A stretch of DNA of 64,000 bases from Chrysomallon squamiferum (Eukaryota; Animalia; Mollusca): assembly GCA_012295275.1 (NCBI GenBank), contig CM022679.1, positions 27,280,001 to 27,344,000 on the forward strand. Direction: 5' to 3'. Below the pieces are notes generated by a model, which made no database searches, was not told the DNA's origin, and worked only from the letters and a program-made list of their open reading frames with translations. This document shows positions 41,997 through 56,425 of this stretch, piece after piece. The position numbers were made by a program, and so were the translations under genes. Positions within the stretch are counted from its first letter, which is position 1, and each line of letters begins with the position of its first letter.

Positions 41997-43942
41997 GAAT
42001 AGTTACGTCATAAACTGATATATAGAAGTATGAATATATAGCACAAATTTTTTCATTATTCCAAAACCATTTTCACTCTTCATTTGCATCTTGCAACATA
42101 TTTCTGGAAATTTTAAATTCTGTTATTTTTGGACACATTTTGAAAAATGCCCGGACATTATAGTTACAGGGAACTTGTGACCTCGTTCTGCTTCAATCAT
42201 AATGACGTCATAACATCAAACTGTACATGGTTAACAAAAATACGGAAATAAAGATAACTGTTCAGCAATTTATGTTTAAGTTAAAATGTTTAATGTTTGT
42301 TATATTTATGAATGTAATAATTTTTATATTTATTTATTAGAAAATTACTGTGAAAAAAAAAAAAAAAAAAAAAAAAAAGAGAGAGAGAAAAAAAAGTCTT
42401 ATTTATTGAAAAATACTGAAATTTAAAAATGTAATTAAAAAAATAAATATTGTTGTCAAGTATGTTAGAGTAATGTATATGTTATTTAAAAAATTATTAC
42501 TTTTATTTTTTATTTTATTTTCATATAATTTGTTTTTTTCTATGCAATCATTATTTGTTTTGTGGTTGCCGGTAGATAATTTAATAGTGTTTATTTATTT
42601 ATTTACTTTATTTTTATTTTTACTTTTTTTATTTATTTTTCTCTTCATTCATATAAATAAACTAGTTTACAGATTACCATATGACAATGTAATCTGTTGA
42701 AATGAATTATGATTATGATGTAATTAAATAACGTATCCATAAACAAACAAAGAAAAAATTTTGTTCTCTTTTTCTATTCTACGTGCAGCACTAAATGAAC
42801 ATTTGTCTAACAAAACATTTTAATATTAATAATTAAAACGGTCTTTGCGTTAAAGCATTGTCGTCTGTTAGCGAAACACTGTATGATAGTGTATTCAGTA
42901 ACGTGCATAATATCACGCACTATGACTCAATTGCACCGAAGTGTTTGGAACTAGAAAAAAAAAGCAACTGACATTACAGAAAAGGATAGATATTGCAAAC
43001 CGTATTATGCCAAGCGGTCTGCCACTGAGCTCCAGCCTCATAATATATGGAGAACAGCAACCGGATGTTACATGTTAATAGACTGGTATACTGAGTAGAA
43101 CAAATTACGTAACTAGTTTCTAACAATTAGGTTATTTTTTTTTTTTTTTTTTTTTTTTATGAAAGTTGGAAGAACGAATCCGAGAGTCAGTAATAGATAA
43201 ATAATAAAACTGATGATGATCATGATGATAATAAACCACATAAGAAAAATCATTGCTCAGAAAAACCAAACCAAATTTAGTTAACAAAACAGGACTCATT
43301 AAAAATGTATTTATCAACGAACGTCATATAATTAATTGTCCGTCATCCGTAGCTTCTACTGTCAGTTGATTCTAGAAGGTTCATGCAAATTAATATTTAA
43401 AATGTGCTTTTATTATCAGTTCTTGCGGACGTATTTTGTAAAAGAAATAGTCTTGTACACTATAGCTTCTCCTCTTTAGGCGAAAACGTCATTTCTTAAT
43501 TAAATATAAATATGTAAAATTCTGAATGGAAGGCGAAGAAATGGAAGAAAGAAATTATACGCTGTATAATTATTGTGAATTTAATCGTCATAGAATTTAC
43601 GAATGGAACTAACAGTATTCAGCTGCATCTATTTCTAAAATTTAATACATTATAAGTCACAGAATCGGTTCAAATTAGGATACATAATTATTGGAAGATT
43701 TCCCGTTACAACTGGTACCCATGAAAGTCTTTATAAACCTTTGTTAATGGAGTCTACTTTGTTGTATATTATTGTTGTAATATATAAACAATTCATTGCT
43801 GTTGTACAACAAAAATAGCCTAGTCAATGCTAACAGCGGGTTTCCACTCTGGCAATCTTTATTATCATATATTCAACAGCTAAAAATCATTAGTATTAAA
43901 ATGAGGTTTCGCTAAATGAATAATAATCTGTAAAAATTGGAA

Positions 43943-44025
<83 letters not shown>

Positions 44026-44470
44026 TAAAAAAAAAAAAAAACCGATAATTATAGTTACAGGAACATTAACACTGAAAATGTTATAGAAATATTCTCACAT
44101 GGTTGGATACTGCGGTTCGCTGGATATGCATTCATCATTGAAAACTATTGTGCGTTTTTATTGGAAGTTTTCTTTATGAGCCGATACGATAAACTAAATG
44201 TCACTTGTAGAAAAATATGCGTAGATTATGTGTGTGTATCTATGTATGCGTTTGTGTATGTGGGCGTGTGCTTTTAGATATAATGAAAAAAAGGAAGACA
44301 TTAATGTGAATCATATTGCTTTTTAAAGTCTGAATAAAAGGCATTTGAATGTTCTTTTTAGAGGAAGGTTGAAGACTACTTAAATTTATGACAAACCGAT
44401 ACATACAGAACATTTTGTAATCCCCTGACTGATGGGAGAAATATTATTAAATATGTTTGGTATTGCTATT

Positions 44471-44514
<44 letters not shown>

Positions 44515-45399
44515 GATAATGATAATGATAATAACAATAATAATAATAAATAAATAAAAAAAAGTAAAAAAATAAAGCGACAAACAAGTTCCAAATATAT
44601 GGTTTGCGATCAAACGAAGTTATATTAATAATAAATTAGTAAATTTCAAACCTTACCGACAGCTGAACGAAACAGAAATTAAACGTTGATTATCTGATGA
44701 AAGGTGTAATTGTTTTTTTCTCTGTTCATTTTTGTTTGTTCAGTGAAGTTTCTTAGCAACGACGGCTTGTTAGATCTAGATCTAGTCTTACACGTTTCAC
44801 GATGACGTCATTATAAACTATTATCTATAAGGCTGGTGTCATAAATAAATAAATAATAAATAAAATAAATGAGCGAACAGAACAAAAAATAGATAAATAT
44901 ATAAGATGTATATATATTCTGATCTCTCTCTCTCTCTCACGCACACGCACGCACGCACGCACACTCTCACTCGCTCAGACACATTTTCCACTCTTTAGTT
45001 TCTCTATTATTACCTAACCGACGCATACCCGATTTGTATATACATACAACACGCCTTCTATCAATAATATACCATCAGTCTTAAATTATTTACAACGCTA
45101 TGTTGTCACAAACTTGTGTGTTACGTACTACTCGGGCAAGGCTTGAGGTTACACAGAATTATCAAATTAATCAGTGATAACCAAATCATGGTAAACAAAG
45201 ATCTTTTATATAATTACCATTAAGCTCGGTCACAGATTCTATGATACATACTGTAATACATTACTCTCATTCAGAAGTTGTATACTGTCTGTACTGTATA
45301 GATTTCATAATAATATTAACAGGTTAAAACATGTATCAAACTGCATGACACATGTCGTAATATTATATTTGGTTTTACATAAATAATGCATAATCTCTC

Positions 45400-45432
<33 letters not shown>

Positions 45433-45573
45433 ACGTGTCCGTGTGTGCGCCTTTTCTGCCGTTATGATTATACATTTTTTATTTCCCTGTCATCTGTTTG
45501 TTCTGCTTCTTTTACTCATTATCATTCCCTCTCATTTTTAATACTGACATTTCTAATTTTTAATATATATATC

Positions 45574-45607
<34 letters not shown>

Positions 45608-45721
45608 TTGTATTTATAGGAACACATAGGCCAGATACGAGTTTTCGTATTAAAATTAATTAGGTATAAGAGACAACTATCATTTCACAAAACATTTTAT
45701 ATATTTATTTATTTATTATTA

Positions 45722-45752
<31 letters not shown>

Positions 45753-46031
45753 ATTATTATTATTATAATCTTACTATTCTAAATAAATAAATAAATAAAT
45801 ATATTGTATACTTTTGTCTGTGGCTTTGCAGATGCATCTAACCAACAATATTAAATACTGAGTGCATCAAGTTATGCCATAAAAATATTTTTATCTTGCT
45901 TTTCAAAATGTAACAATGTGAATTGGTTTAAGAAGTTTCTGTAATTACCGTGAAAAGGCCTGTTATAATTATTGACTACTTTCTAGGAAATCTGTAGCTG
46001 GTGGTCACTTTCAAAGAAACACAATGTAAAA

Positions 46032-46121
<90 letters not shown>

Positions 46122-46285
46122 CAATATAATAATAAATTTATAGTTTATTGCTTAAAGAAAAATTTCTTCCATACACCATTATTAATGCTTTTTTTAAATT
46201 TTTATTTTCTTTTATTATTATTATTTGTCTTTTAATGAAAAAAAAAAGAAGGAAAAGAAAGCTTAAAGGAAGCAGAACATGGAAA

Positions 46286-46420
46286 ACCACTGATCTGTAT
46301 GAGATTCCTTGACATTATATTAAAAACTGGACCACTGATCTGTATGAGATTCCTTGACATTATATTAAAAACTGGACCACTGATCTGTATGAGATTCCTT
46401 GACATTATATTAAAAACTGG
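46286..46420. repeat. 45-bp minisatellite, 3 copies
   Basis: ACCACTGATCTGTATGAGATTCCTTGACATTATATTAAAAACTGG occurs three times in tandem. Confidence 0.95.
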
Positions 46421-47793
46421 GACAGGAACAAAAATAAGTCAACTGGAAAAACTAAATTTAAAAAAGGCACAGGTTAGTATGTAAAATGTAATAACTTACA
46501 TGTATGTATTATTAACAGTGTTACTACTTGAAATAACATAGTATTAAGTGGCAAAGCTTATAACAATATACTGTTGTCACAGCTTAAAGTGTAATATTAT
46601 ATCTCAGCTCAAATGTGTGATATTAAATGTAACAGCTTAAAATAGTCTAGCATCAAATATTATATTAAGCATAGCAGCATAATATAGTGTGATATATTAA
46701 CAATGTTTTAAGTTAATACAATATCACATTTAACAGTATCACATATTATGTGCTATATATTAATATAGCATACTTAAATTATGAGAATAGTTTGATCTAC
46801 TAAAAGTCACAATTTAATACATTGAACAGCTTAAATACAGGAGAAAGATCAATTAACATAGGACTGAGTAACAGTTTACTATGGTCGTCATGACAACTGT
46901 CATCTATCAAAATGGCTGCTTATAAACTTTCAGTCCCTCATTGTCTTTGTTCAGAGACAAAACAAACCTCAAACTGAAAAGTAATTAAAACATGGAGTTA
47001 AAAATATGTCAAGTAAAATATTCAGATAGTAATATTTTTAAAAATTATTTCTTAAATGTAATTTTGCACATATACTTTTTTAAAACATAAAACATAAAGT
47101 AAGTGTAAAACAAAAACAAATTAAAAAAACAAAACAAAACAAAAGCAACAAGAAAAAGGATAATATAAACATCAACTTATGAATACATATAAAAGAAAGA
47201 AAAACAATGATACAAAATATTTTTAATCAAAAATTAACATCAAAGCAATTAACAAAACAGAATTAAACATGTGAACTTAAGTTAAAAACAAATGTATAAA
47301 ATACTTTTAATTAACAAAACATTAATATGCACAAAGCAAAGCAATAGAAATCATGTCCATTATAAGTTTGTCTACATATACACACACACCTATACTGCAT
47401 ACAAACATACATGCACACATATCTACAGATATTTAATTTTCTTCTAAATATATCAGATATCTCTTTAAAGCATTAGTAAATTTTGCTAGTGTGCATTTTA
47501 AACTAACCATTGTGCACTAAATTACATTTTTAATTTCACTATTACTTAATAAACAATCTCTATATTTACTGAAATACTGTGCTTTAAATATAATTTATAA
47601 ACATAACTAAATACACAGTAAATAAATAAATATGGCACACATTACTATTATTACATTATTCGATTTCACAATTATTTTTTTTCAAATTACTAATCCAAAT
47701 TATGCACACATGCCAAAAACACAGAAGCAGATACTGTTTTCCAGAAAGCCAGTTCTAAATAGCACTAAGAAACTGTGCAGAAAGATGAAGCAG

Positions 47794-48074
47794 TCAAGGA
47801 TGTTTAGTAGTAGTTGTATGGTTAGTTGTACCAGTGTGGTGAGTTGTTGTCACATTAATTGGTGTTGCCGTAGATAGTGGAACTACATCAGTTGGATTGA
47901 CGTGGTAGATGAAGATGTCTGTTGTGACAGACTGAAAGAGTATGACTAAACCAACAACAATGATGTACCAGTACTTTTCTGGGCCCTGGAAGTAGACAAT
48001 GAAAATTACTAACATTTCATTGTGTCGGTTTGACCACTGCAATAGTTTGTGTTTGAAAAGGGAAAGAAAAGCCC

Positions 48075-48143
<69 letters not shown>

Positions 48144-48678
48144 ATTATAAAATTAATACAAATACTAATTATCTGTATGGTTTGATTAAATCATTTAGTT
48201 GTTCGTTCTTTCTCCTGTCTGCAAAATTAACATGCAAGTGTTTGTTTAGATTTCGCAAATACAATTTGCACAACTCACCAAAGTGCCAAATCTGTACCAC
48301 CAGTTCTGAAATATAAATAAATTTAAACAAATGTAGTATATATCTAAAATTATTTGTCTTTGTTTTTGTTTGTGTAATCTCAAATGACTACAGTGAATGC
48401 ATGTGCAAGATTATTCTCTCTACATTTTTCTGGAATAAAATTCTGTTTTCCCATCAACTCAGTTGAAAATTCTAATTCAAAAATATTTAACAAAAGCAGG
48501 TCAGAGAGAATAAATTTAAAATTATAACCCTCAGATTTTGTTTTTTTATTTACAGTATGATCATTACGGATAGGAATGTTTCTTCATGGATTAAATTTTA
48601 TGTACAATAACCAACTGCTGGTTTATGAAAAAAATTCATCTTATGTTAAATAAAAAAAATAATTAAGAAATAATATAT

Positions 48679-48724
<46 letters not shown>

Positions 48725-51700
48725 AATAAAAATAAAATTCTGTATGCATATATATATCTGTTAATGTGTGTATGTACATCACCTATATATCTATCTGTTT
48801 ATATAAAATACTTACTATGACTATTCCTACAAAGGAACTTACTGAAAAGAAAAAAACAAAACAAAAAATCATTTATATATTTAGCATAATTTGAATTCAT
48901 TTTTATTTTCATACAGTAACTACGATTAGAAATTGTGTGAAATTTCAGTAAGAAGTATTTAACCAGAAGATGATACTGTGTATTGTGTGATATTTCAGTA
49001 AGAAGTATTTAACTAGAAGATGATACTGTGTATTGTGTGATATTTCAGTAAGAAGTATTTAACTAGAAGATGATATTGTGCACTGTGTGCTATTTCAGTA
49101 AGAAGTATTTAACTAGAAGATGATACTGTGTATTGTGTGATATTTCAGTAAGATGTATTTAACTAGAAGATGATACTGTGTATTGTGTGATATTTCAGTA
49201 AGTATTTAACTAGAAGATGACATTGTGTATTGTGATATTTCAGTAAGAAGTATTTAACTAGAAGATGATACTGTGTATTGTGTGAAATTTCAGTAAGAAG
49301 TATTTAACTAGAAGATGATACTGTGTATTGTGTGATATTTCAGTAAGAAGTTTTTAACTAGAAGATGATACTGTGTGCTATTTCAGTAAGAAGTATTTAA
49401 CTAGAAGATGATACTGTGTGCTATTTCAGTAAGAAGTATTTAACTAGAAGATGATACTGTGTGATATTTCAGTAAGAAGTATTTAACTAGAAGATGACAT
49501 TGTGTATTGTGTGATATTTCAGTAAGAAGTATTTAACTAGAAGATGATACTGTGTATTGTGTGAAATTTCAGTAAGAAGTATTTAACTAGAAGATGATAC
49601 TGTGTACTGTGTGATATTTCAGTAAGAAGTATTTAACTAGAAGATGATACTGTGTGATATTTCAGTAAGAAGTATTTAACTAGAAGATGATACTGTGTAC
49701 TGTGTGATATTTCAGTAAGAAGTATTTAACTAGAAGATGATACTGTGTACTGTGTGCTATTTCAGTAAGAAGTATTTAACTAGAAGATGATACTGTGTAT
49801 TGTGTGATATTTCAGTAAGAAGTATTTAACTAGAAGATGATACTGTGTATTGTGTGAAATTTCAGTAAGAAGTATTTAACTAGAAGATGATACTGTGTAT
49901 TGTGTGATATTTCAGTAAGAAGTATTTAACTAGAAGATGATACTGTGTATTGTGTGAAATTTCAGTAAGAAGTATTTAACTAGAAGATGATACTGTGTAC
50001 TGTGTGATATTTCAGTAAGAAGTATTTAACTAGAAGATGATATTGTGTATTGTGTGATATTTCAGTAAGAAGTATTTAACTAGAAGATGCTTTTGTATAC
50101 TGTGTGACATTTCAGTAAGAAGTATTTAACTAGAAGATGATACTGTGTGATATTTCAGTAAGAAGTATTTAACTAGAAGATGATACTGTGTGATATTTCA
50201 GTAAGAAGTATTTAACTAGAAGATGATATTGTGTATTGTGTGAAATTTCAGTAAGAAGTATTTAACTAGAAGATGATATTGTGTATTGTGTGATATTTCA
50301 GTAAGAAGTATTTAACTAGAAGATGATGCACTGTGTGATATTTCAGTAAAAAGTATTTAACTAGAAGATGATTTTGTGCACTGTGTGATATTTCAGTAAG
50401 AATTATTTAACTAGAAGATGATACTGTGTATTGTGTGATATTTCAGTAAGAAGTATTTAACTAGAAGATGATACTGTGCACTGTGTGATATTTCAGTAAG
50501 AAGTATTTAACTAGAAGATGATGCACTGTGTGATATTTCAGTAAGAAGTATTTAACTAAAAGATGATACTGTGTATTGTGTGATATTTCAGTAAGAAGTA
50601 TTTAACTAGAAGATGATACTGTGTATTGTGTGATATTTCAGTAAGAAGTATTTAACTAGAAGATATTGTGTACTGTGTGAAATTTCAGTAAGAAGTATTT
50701 AACTAGAAGATGACATTGTGTATTGTGTGATATTTCAGTAAGATGTATTTAACTAGAAGATGATACTGTGTGATATTTCAGTAAGAAGTATTTAACTAGA
50801 AGATGATACTGTGTACTGTGTGATATTTCAGTAAGATGTATTTAACTAGAAGATGATATTGTGTATTGTGTGATATTTCAGTAAGAAGTATTTAACTAGA
50901 AGATGATATTGTGTATTGTGTGATATTTCAGTAAGAAGTATTTAACTAGAAGATGATATTGTGCACTGTGTGCTATTTCAGTAAGAAGTATTTAACTAAA
51001 AGATGCTTTTGTGCACTGTGTGATATTTCAGTAAGAAGTATTTAACTAGAAGATGATACTGTGCACTGTGTGATATTTCAGTAAGAAGTATTTAACTAGA
51101 AGATGATACTGTGTATTGTGTGATATTTCAGTAAGAAGTATTTAACTAGAAGATGATACTGTGTGATATTTCAGTAAGAAGTATTTAACTAGAAGATGAT
51201 ATTGTGTATTGTGTGAAATTTCAGTAAGAAGTATTTAACTAGAAGATGATACTGTGTATTGTGTGATATTTCAGTAAGAAGTATTTAACTAGAAGATGAT
51301 ACTGTGTGATATTTCAGTAAGAAGTATTTAACTAGAAGATGATATTGTGCACTGTGTGCTATTTCAGTAAGAAGTATTTAACTAAAAGATGATACTGTGC
51401 ACTGTGTGATATTTCAGTAAGAAGTATTTAACTAGAAGATGATATTGTGTATTGTGTGCTATTTCAGTAAGAAGTATTTAACTAGAAGATGCTTTTGTGT
51501 ATTGTGTGATATTTCAGTAAGAAGTATTTAACTAGAAGATGATACTGTGTATTGTGTGATATTTCAGTAAGATGTATTTAACTAGAAGATGATACTGTGT
51601 ATTGTGTGATATTTCAGTAAGAAGTATTTAACTAGAAGATGATACTGTGTATTGTGTGATATTTCAGTAAGATGTATTTAACTAGAAGATGATACTGTGT

Positions 51701-51962
51701 ATTGTGTGATATTTCAGTAAGAAGTATTTAACTAGAAGATGATACTGTGTATTGTGTGATATTTCAGTAAGAAGTATTTAACTAGAAGATGATATTGTGT
51801 ATTGTGTGATATTTCAGTAAGAAGTATTTAACTAGAAGATGATACTGTGTACTGTGTGATATTTCAGTAAGATGCTTGTAACTTACTGAGAGTGTTCACA
51901 GCTAGAAGATAATATTGTGTATTCTCTTCAGCCTGAACTATACAAAGTATAAATGAAATCTG

Positions 51963-51998
<36 letters not shown>

Positions 51999-53148
51999 AA
52001 ATGAAATAAAATAAAATAAAACAAAGTAAAATAAAATGAAAAGAAAAAATAATTAAATAACAATAATAAATAAATAATAATGATGATAATGATAATAAGA
52101 AATGACAACTATCATCATCATGATAAAAAATATAAATAAATAAACAAACAAAACAATAATCATGAATAAATAAATAAAACCAGTTGGTGGGGGAATTAAT
52201 GTCTTGCATGTTAATAAACATGTTTATATTTGTAGCATTATTCCTAACTGTACATTATATGTGCACATATATTTATGTATATAGTGTCTTCGTCTGTGTA
52301 TGTGCAAACATGCACTTAATTCTGTATGGTTTTAAAAAACTGCTTATACCTAATCCAATACATTTTGAAACTGTATTTATTAAAATACACCTGAGCAGAA
52401 TTTATTTTTTAATTTTCCTTTCTTTATTATTATTATTATTTTATTATTATTATTATTATAGTTAATATCATACCACAACTACTACGCACACCATCAGATT
52501 GAACAATCTAGTGATGAATATCTGGAAAAGAAATAAATGCTATAATTATAGGCCTACATATTCATAAAAAAAAAACACCTCAACACTGAATAGAACAGGC
52601 CAAATAATTTTAGCACACTCAATACAGTGATCTGGATTTGATATAATTACGTAGACTGTAGATAAAATGAAACATACCATCCTTCATAAACATAACAAGA
52701 GTTATTTGTACTATGATTAACGTTTAAATAATAAATAAAAAAAAAAAAAAAAAAAAAAAGGTTTAGTAGAATATCAAACTCGAAGACTGTTTCATGAAAA
52801 TATGACTGTATATTTAATAATTTATTTATTCTACATAGCAGAATTTCTTGGCCATCGCCATTAAAGGGTTCAGAAAACATTGTTCTTATTACACCAAACT
52901 GAAACTGCCACGATATCGGACATATAGTTACTTATAGTATATGATATACAAGTAATAGTAATAGTTTACGCTTGTCACATTAAGTGGAAATAAAAGTGTA
53001 TAAAAATCGCCATGACAATGCTAATATTTTAATTACTGACTGCTGTCGGCGATATTTCATGATATATTGCTCCGCTGTCTGGTACTGATGATGAATAGCT
53101 TGGCGCTGGACTGGGACGAACTGGCGGAGCGCTCAAATCATCCGCCAT
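47794..53148 (-). CDS. TMEM243-like three-TM membrane protein, paralogue A, 157 aa, with a Thr-rich C-terminal tail
   Basis: Exons 53148-53041, 52521-52474, 51959-51887, 48841-48816, 48305-48279 and 47985-47794 give MADDLSAPP...AIYHEISPTA IFITRLFNLMVCVVVV ISFILCIV...ISSFVGIVI NWWYRFGTLGPEKYWYIIVVGLVILFQSVTTDIFIYHV... The WYRxGxL motif between TM2 and TM3 resembles TMEM243 (WYRQGDL, from recall). Confidence 0.75.
48932..51875. repeat. Intronic minisatellite, 50-bp unit with 43-bp variants, roughly 60 copies
   Basis: Unit TATTGTGTGATATTTCAGTAAGAAGTATTTAACTAGAAGATGATACTGTG repeated head-to-tail with no unique spacers. Confidence 0.97.
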
Positions 53149-53317
53149 CTTTTTTGTCACATGATCTGTCGAAAACCTGTATTTGAGTAATCTATTTTGT
53201 CACTGGATAACATATTTTGAAGAACCAATCACAATTATCGTTATATGACGGTTCTTTAGCAGACAGTCAGGTGCATTGTTCAATTTCTTGGTGTTAAGAT
53301 TCACGTTCGAGACGATC
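53149..53317. promoter_or_regulatory. 169-bp bidirectional promoter between the TMEM243-like paralogues
   Basis: Divergent ATGs at 53148 and 53318. CCAAT at 53225-53229. YY1-type AAGATGGCGG spans the minus-strand start codon. Confidence 0.65.
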
Positions 53318-53509
53318 ATGGCAGATGATAAAACACATTTATTAGCTGGAGAAAAGCCGACGACAGTGGGTGATTCTGATGCACTTTACCATGACAGTTC
53401 TCAGACACCAACTATAGTAAGTTTCACTAACATTATTATTGTTTCGAAAGTGACTTGCCATAATATCTCCAACTAGGAATCTATTTTGTTTGCATAAAAT
53501 AATAACAAT

Positions 53510-53545
<36 letters not shown>

Positions 53546-54017
53546 AATAATATAAATAAATAAATAAATAAATAAATAAAAACCCTACAATATCTAACTC
53601 TTGACATGCTTTATTACTATTATTGTTATTGTAGTCGTTACTATTAGTCAATAATTTACTGACTTCTCTCTGTAGTTCCAGGAACAGCTCATATTGTAAT
53701 ATTGTACAATTGGTGATTATTATTATAATAATTATTATTATTATTATTTCTCAACTCTGACATACTGAGGCACAATCACATGCAATAAACATCTTTTAAA
53801 TGACTGTGATTCATACTGATAACTCTTACTGTTTTTATAATTGTGTTTTTTGATTTCAGAAAAGACTTCAGATTGCATTTGTCAGTTTTATTTCCGCAAT
53901 GGTCCTTGTAAGTAAATCCAAAATCTTGTGTTATTTATTTTAAATAAATTATATTAAAAAAATCTGTTTATTTATTGTATAATTAACCACGATTACTCTT
54001 CAATTTAATTAACAGAT

Positions 54018-54050
<33 letters not shown>

Positions 54051-54133
54051 GTGCCTCATGATAGCAAAAAATATCTATATATTTATTTTTATTATTATTA
54101 TTAATACTATTATTATTATTAATATTATAATTA

Positions 54134-54223
<90 letters not shown>

Positions 54224-54799
54224 TTTTTTTTTTATTATAATTATTTTTTAGATCAGTTTATCCCTGAGTATTTACCATGGTATTGAAAAAGGAGAAAATG
54301 GCGCTCTTTATTTCATGTTGGCACTCAGCCTTTTGGGATTTGTTTTCATCGAAATTTGTATGGTGAGTTTTCATTATAGGAGAGTTTTATATACCTTTGT
54401 ATGTTTTTAATTATTGTGTTTATAAAATCTGTTTACATATTTCATTTTTAAAATATTATTTTATTTATATTAAACCTTTTTGTTTTTTTTTAAATGTATT
54501 TTATGTATTAATTTATTAATTATTTTCTTTGTCAACACAAAAAAAATAATCACATGAAAGTGTGTTACATATATTTAGATAAATGCAAGCATTAATACTG
54601 TGTATCAGTAATTTAATATTTTGACACACTTACACATACATATATATCTATTCTTATACACATATTTATTTTCTGTTTGTTTCAGATAATATTTATCAGA
54701 AGAGGAGAATTGCCAAAGGGTAAACAATGGTTTCTTTATTTAGTTGGGTGCTGCATTTTGTTGGAAGCCATTTTCACAGATATCCTTGTATTTCAGTGA
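53318..54799 (+). CDS. TMEM243-like three-TM membrane protein, paralogue B, 123 aa
   Basis: Exons 53318-53416, 53860-53907, 54252-54362 and 54686-54799, all phase 0, give MADDKTHLL...ALYHDSSQTPTI KRLQIAFVSFISAMVL ISLSLSIYHG...FIEICM IIFIRRGELPKGKQWFLYLVGCCILLEAIFTDILVFQ*. Confidence 0.8.
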
Positions 54800-56372
54800 C
54801 AAGACTCCTTTTTTTTTTTTTTTTTTGGTTTATGTTATTGATAAGCATGTAACATTCAACATTATCACTAGATTTTTAGTCGATGGTTTTGTAAGATGGA
54901 ACTACATATAATGTCTTGTTTTATTTGAAGATTTTTATTTATTGTTTGTATTGTTGCTCAAATATCAAATTATGATGTATTGTTTGTAAAGTGGTAATGA
55001 TACTAATGTATATATGTTTGTGTGTGTGTGTGTGTGTGTATGTGTGTGTGTGTGATATTATACTGAGGGAGAGACTGGTTTGGGTAATGGGTTTATGCTG
55101 TGAATCATTTTTTATCATCAAGTGAAATGGTTGTTTTTTCTGTTGTTTCAATAAAATACCATCATTTTCTATAATAAAGTGCCTACAAAATATTTTTTTA
55201 GAATATATTTAATCTGGAATAGTTTAGTTAATTATATCATAATAAAGTGCCTTTGAAGTGATTATAATCATACATTTATTTAAATTATTTCAGATTGTTT
55301 TTAAAGTAAAAAAAAAATAAAACAAATTGGAAAAAATTGAAGTGTAGTGCTGGCAGTTTTATTTGTTAAATTTATATCATTATCATTTACATCAGCATCC
55401 ATGACGTGGAATTCATCAAAAATGCAACCTTTTCCAAAAAATTATAGAACAAATATTCTGTTATCCTAGATTGTGTTTGTTATTGATTGCTTGTTGATTT
55501 TATATACTAAATTATACATTTTTTTAAGTTTTTATATTATTTAAAAAATTGTATAATAACATATTTGTTTTAATGCTAACAGACTGTAGTTGATTTTATA
55601 CATAAATAAACAATTTTATTTGTTTTATATTGTATTTTTCAATAATTCTTATATTCTCCATGTTGGTGCTTAAGTGGAATAAACACATTCCATGTCACTC
55701 ATTTTATTGGTTTTCCTTTCACTGTATATAGATTATGAGACTAACAAAGAGGTTAAGTAGATTTTCTATTCTTCAAATGAATGCTTTACTTTCCTACTAG
55801 AAATATACACTTTGCAAATAATAAAGTATGGCAAAGACATAACCTACTTTTTCTTTTGTAAATGGGAATAAAAATATTTTACAGAGTAATGTGTTTATAC
55901 TGAGATAACATATTTTATGAACTGAAATGAAATGAAATTAATACATAAATAAATAAATAATAATAGTAACAATAACAATAAATAAATATAATAAAATATC
56001 AACAACAAAAACACCTCTTAAATTTCAAACAAACCTTTACTGCAGAGCTACATGAAAGAAAGCATCATTTTAGATGTTTAATCATTTAACAGCACCTCAA
56101 ATATATTATACAGAAATTGTTGGAAGATTAGAAAATTGAGAGAGAATGTTGGAGTTCTGAAACTTAGAGACAGAACAGAAAGATTAAAGTAAAAAAAAAG
56201 AAATGAGTAGGCAGACAAATATTTTAAGACTTAAAGGAATACAGATTTAACAATCAGAAACAGTAAAAATAAATTTACTTAATACAGTAGCACAATCATT
56301 GATAGTCATTACAGAATGTATGAGTTGGTTTTGAGATGAAATGTACAGTCATATTTAAAAAATAATAATACA

Positions 56373-56425
<53 letters not shown>

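Noticed and set aside
46299-46484. Repetitive ORF MRFLDIILKTGPLIC x3
   Set aside because: It is a by-product of a 45-bp minisatellite whose unit length is a multiple of three.
48932-51875. CRISPR-like interpretation of the 50-bp array
   Set aside because: It is a head-to-tail repeat with no unique spacers, no cas genes, and it lies in a eukaryotic intron.
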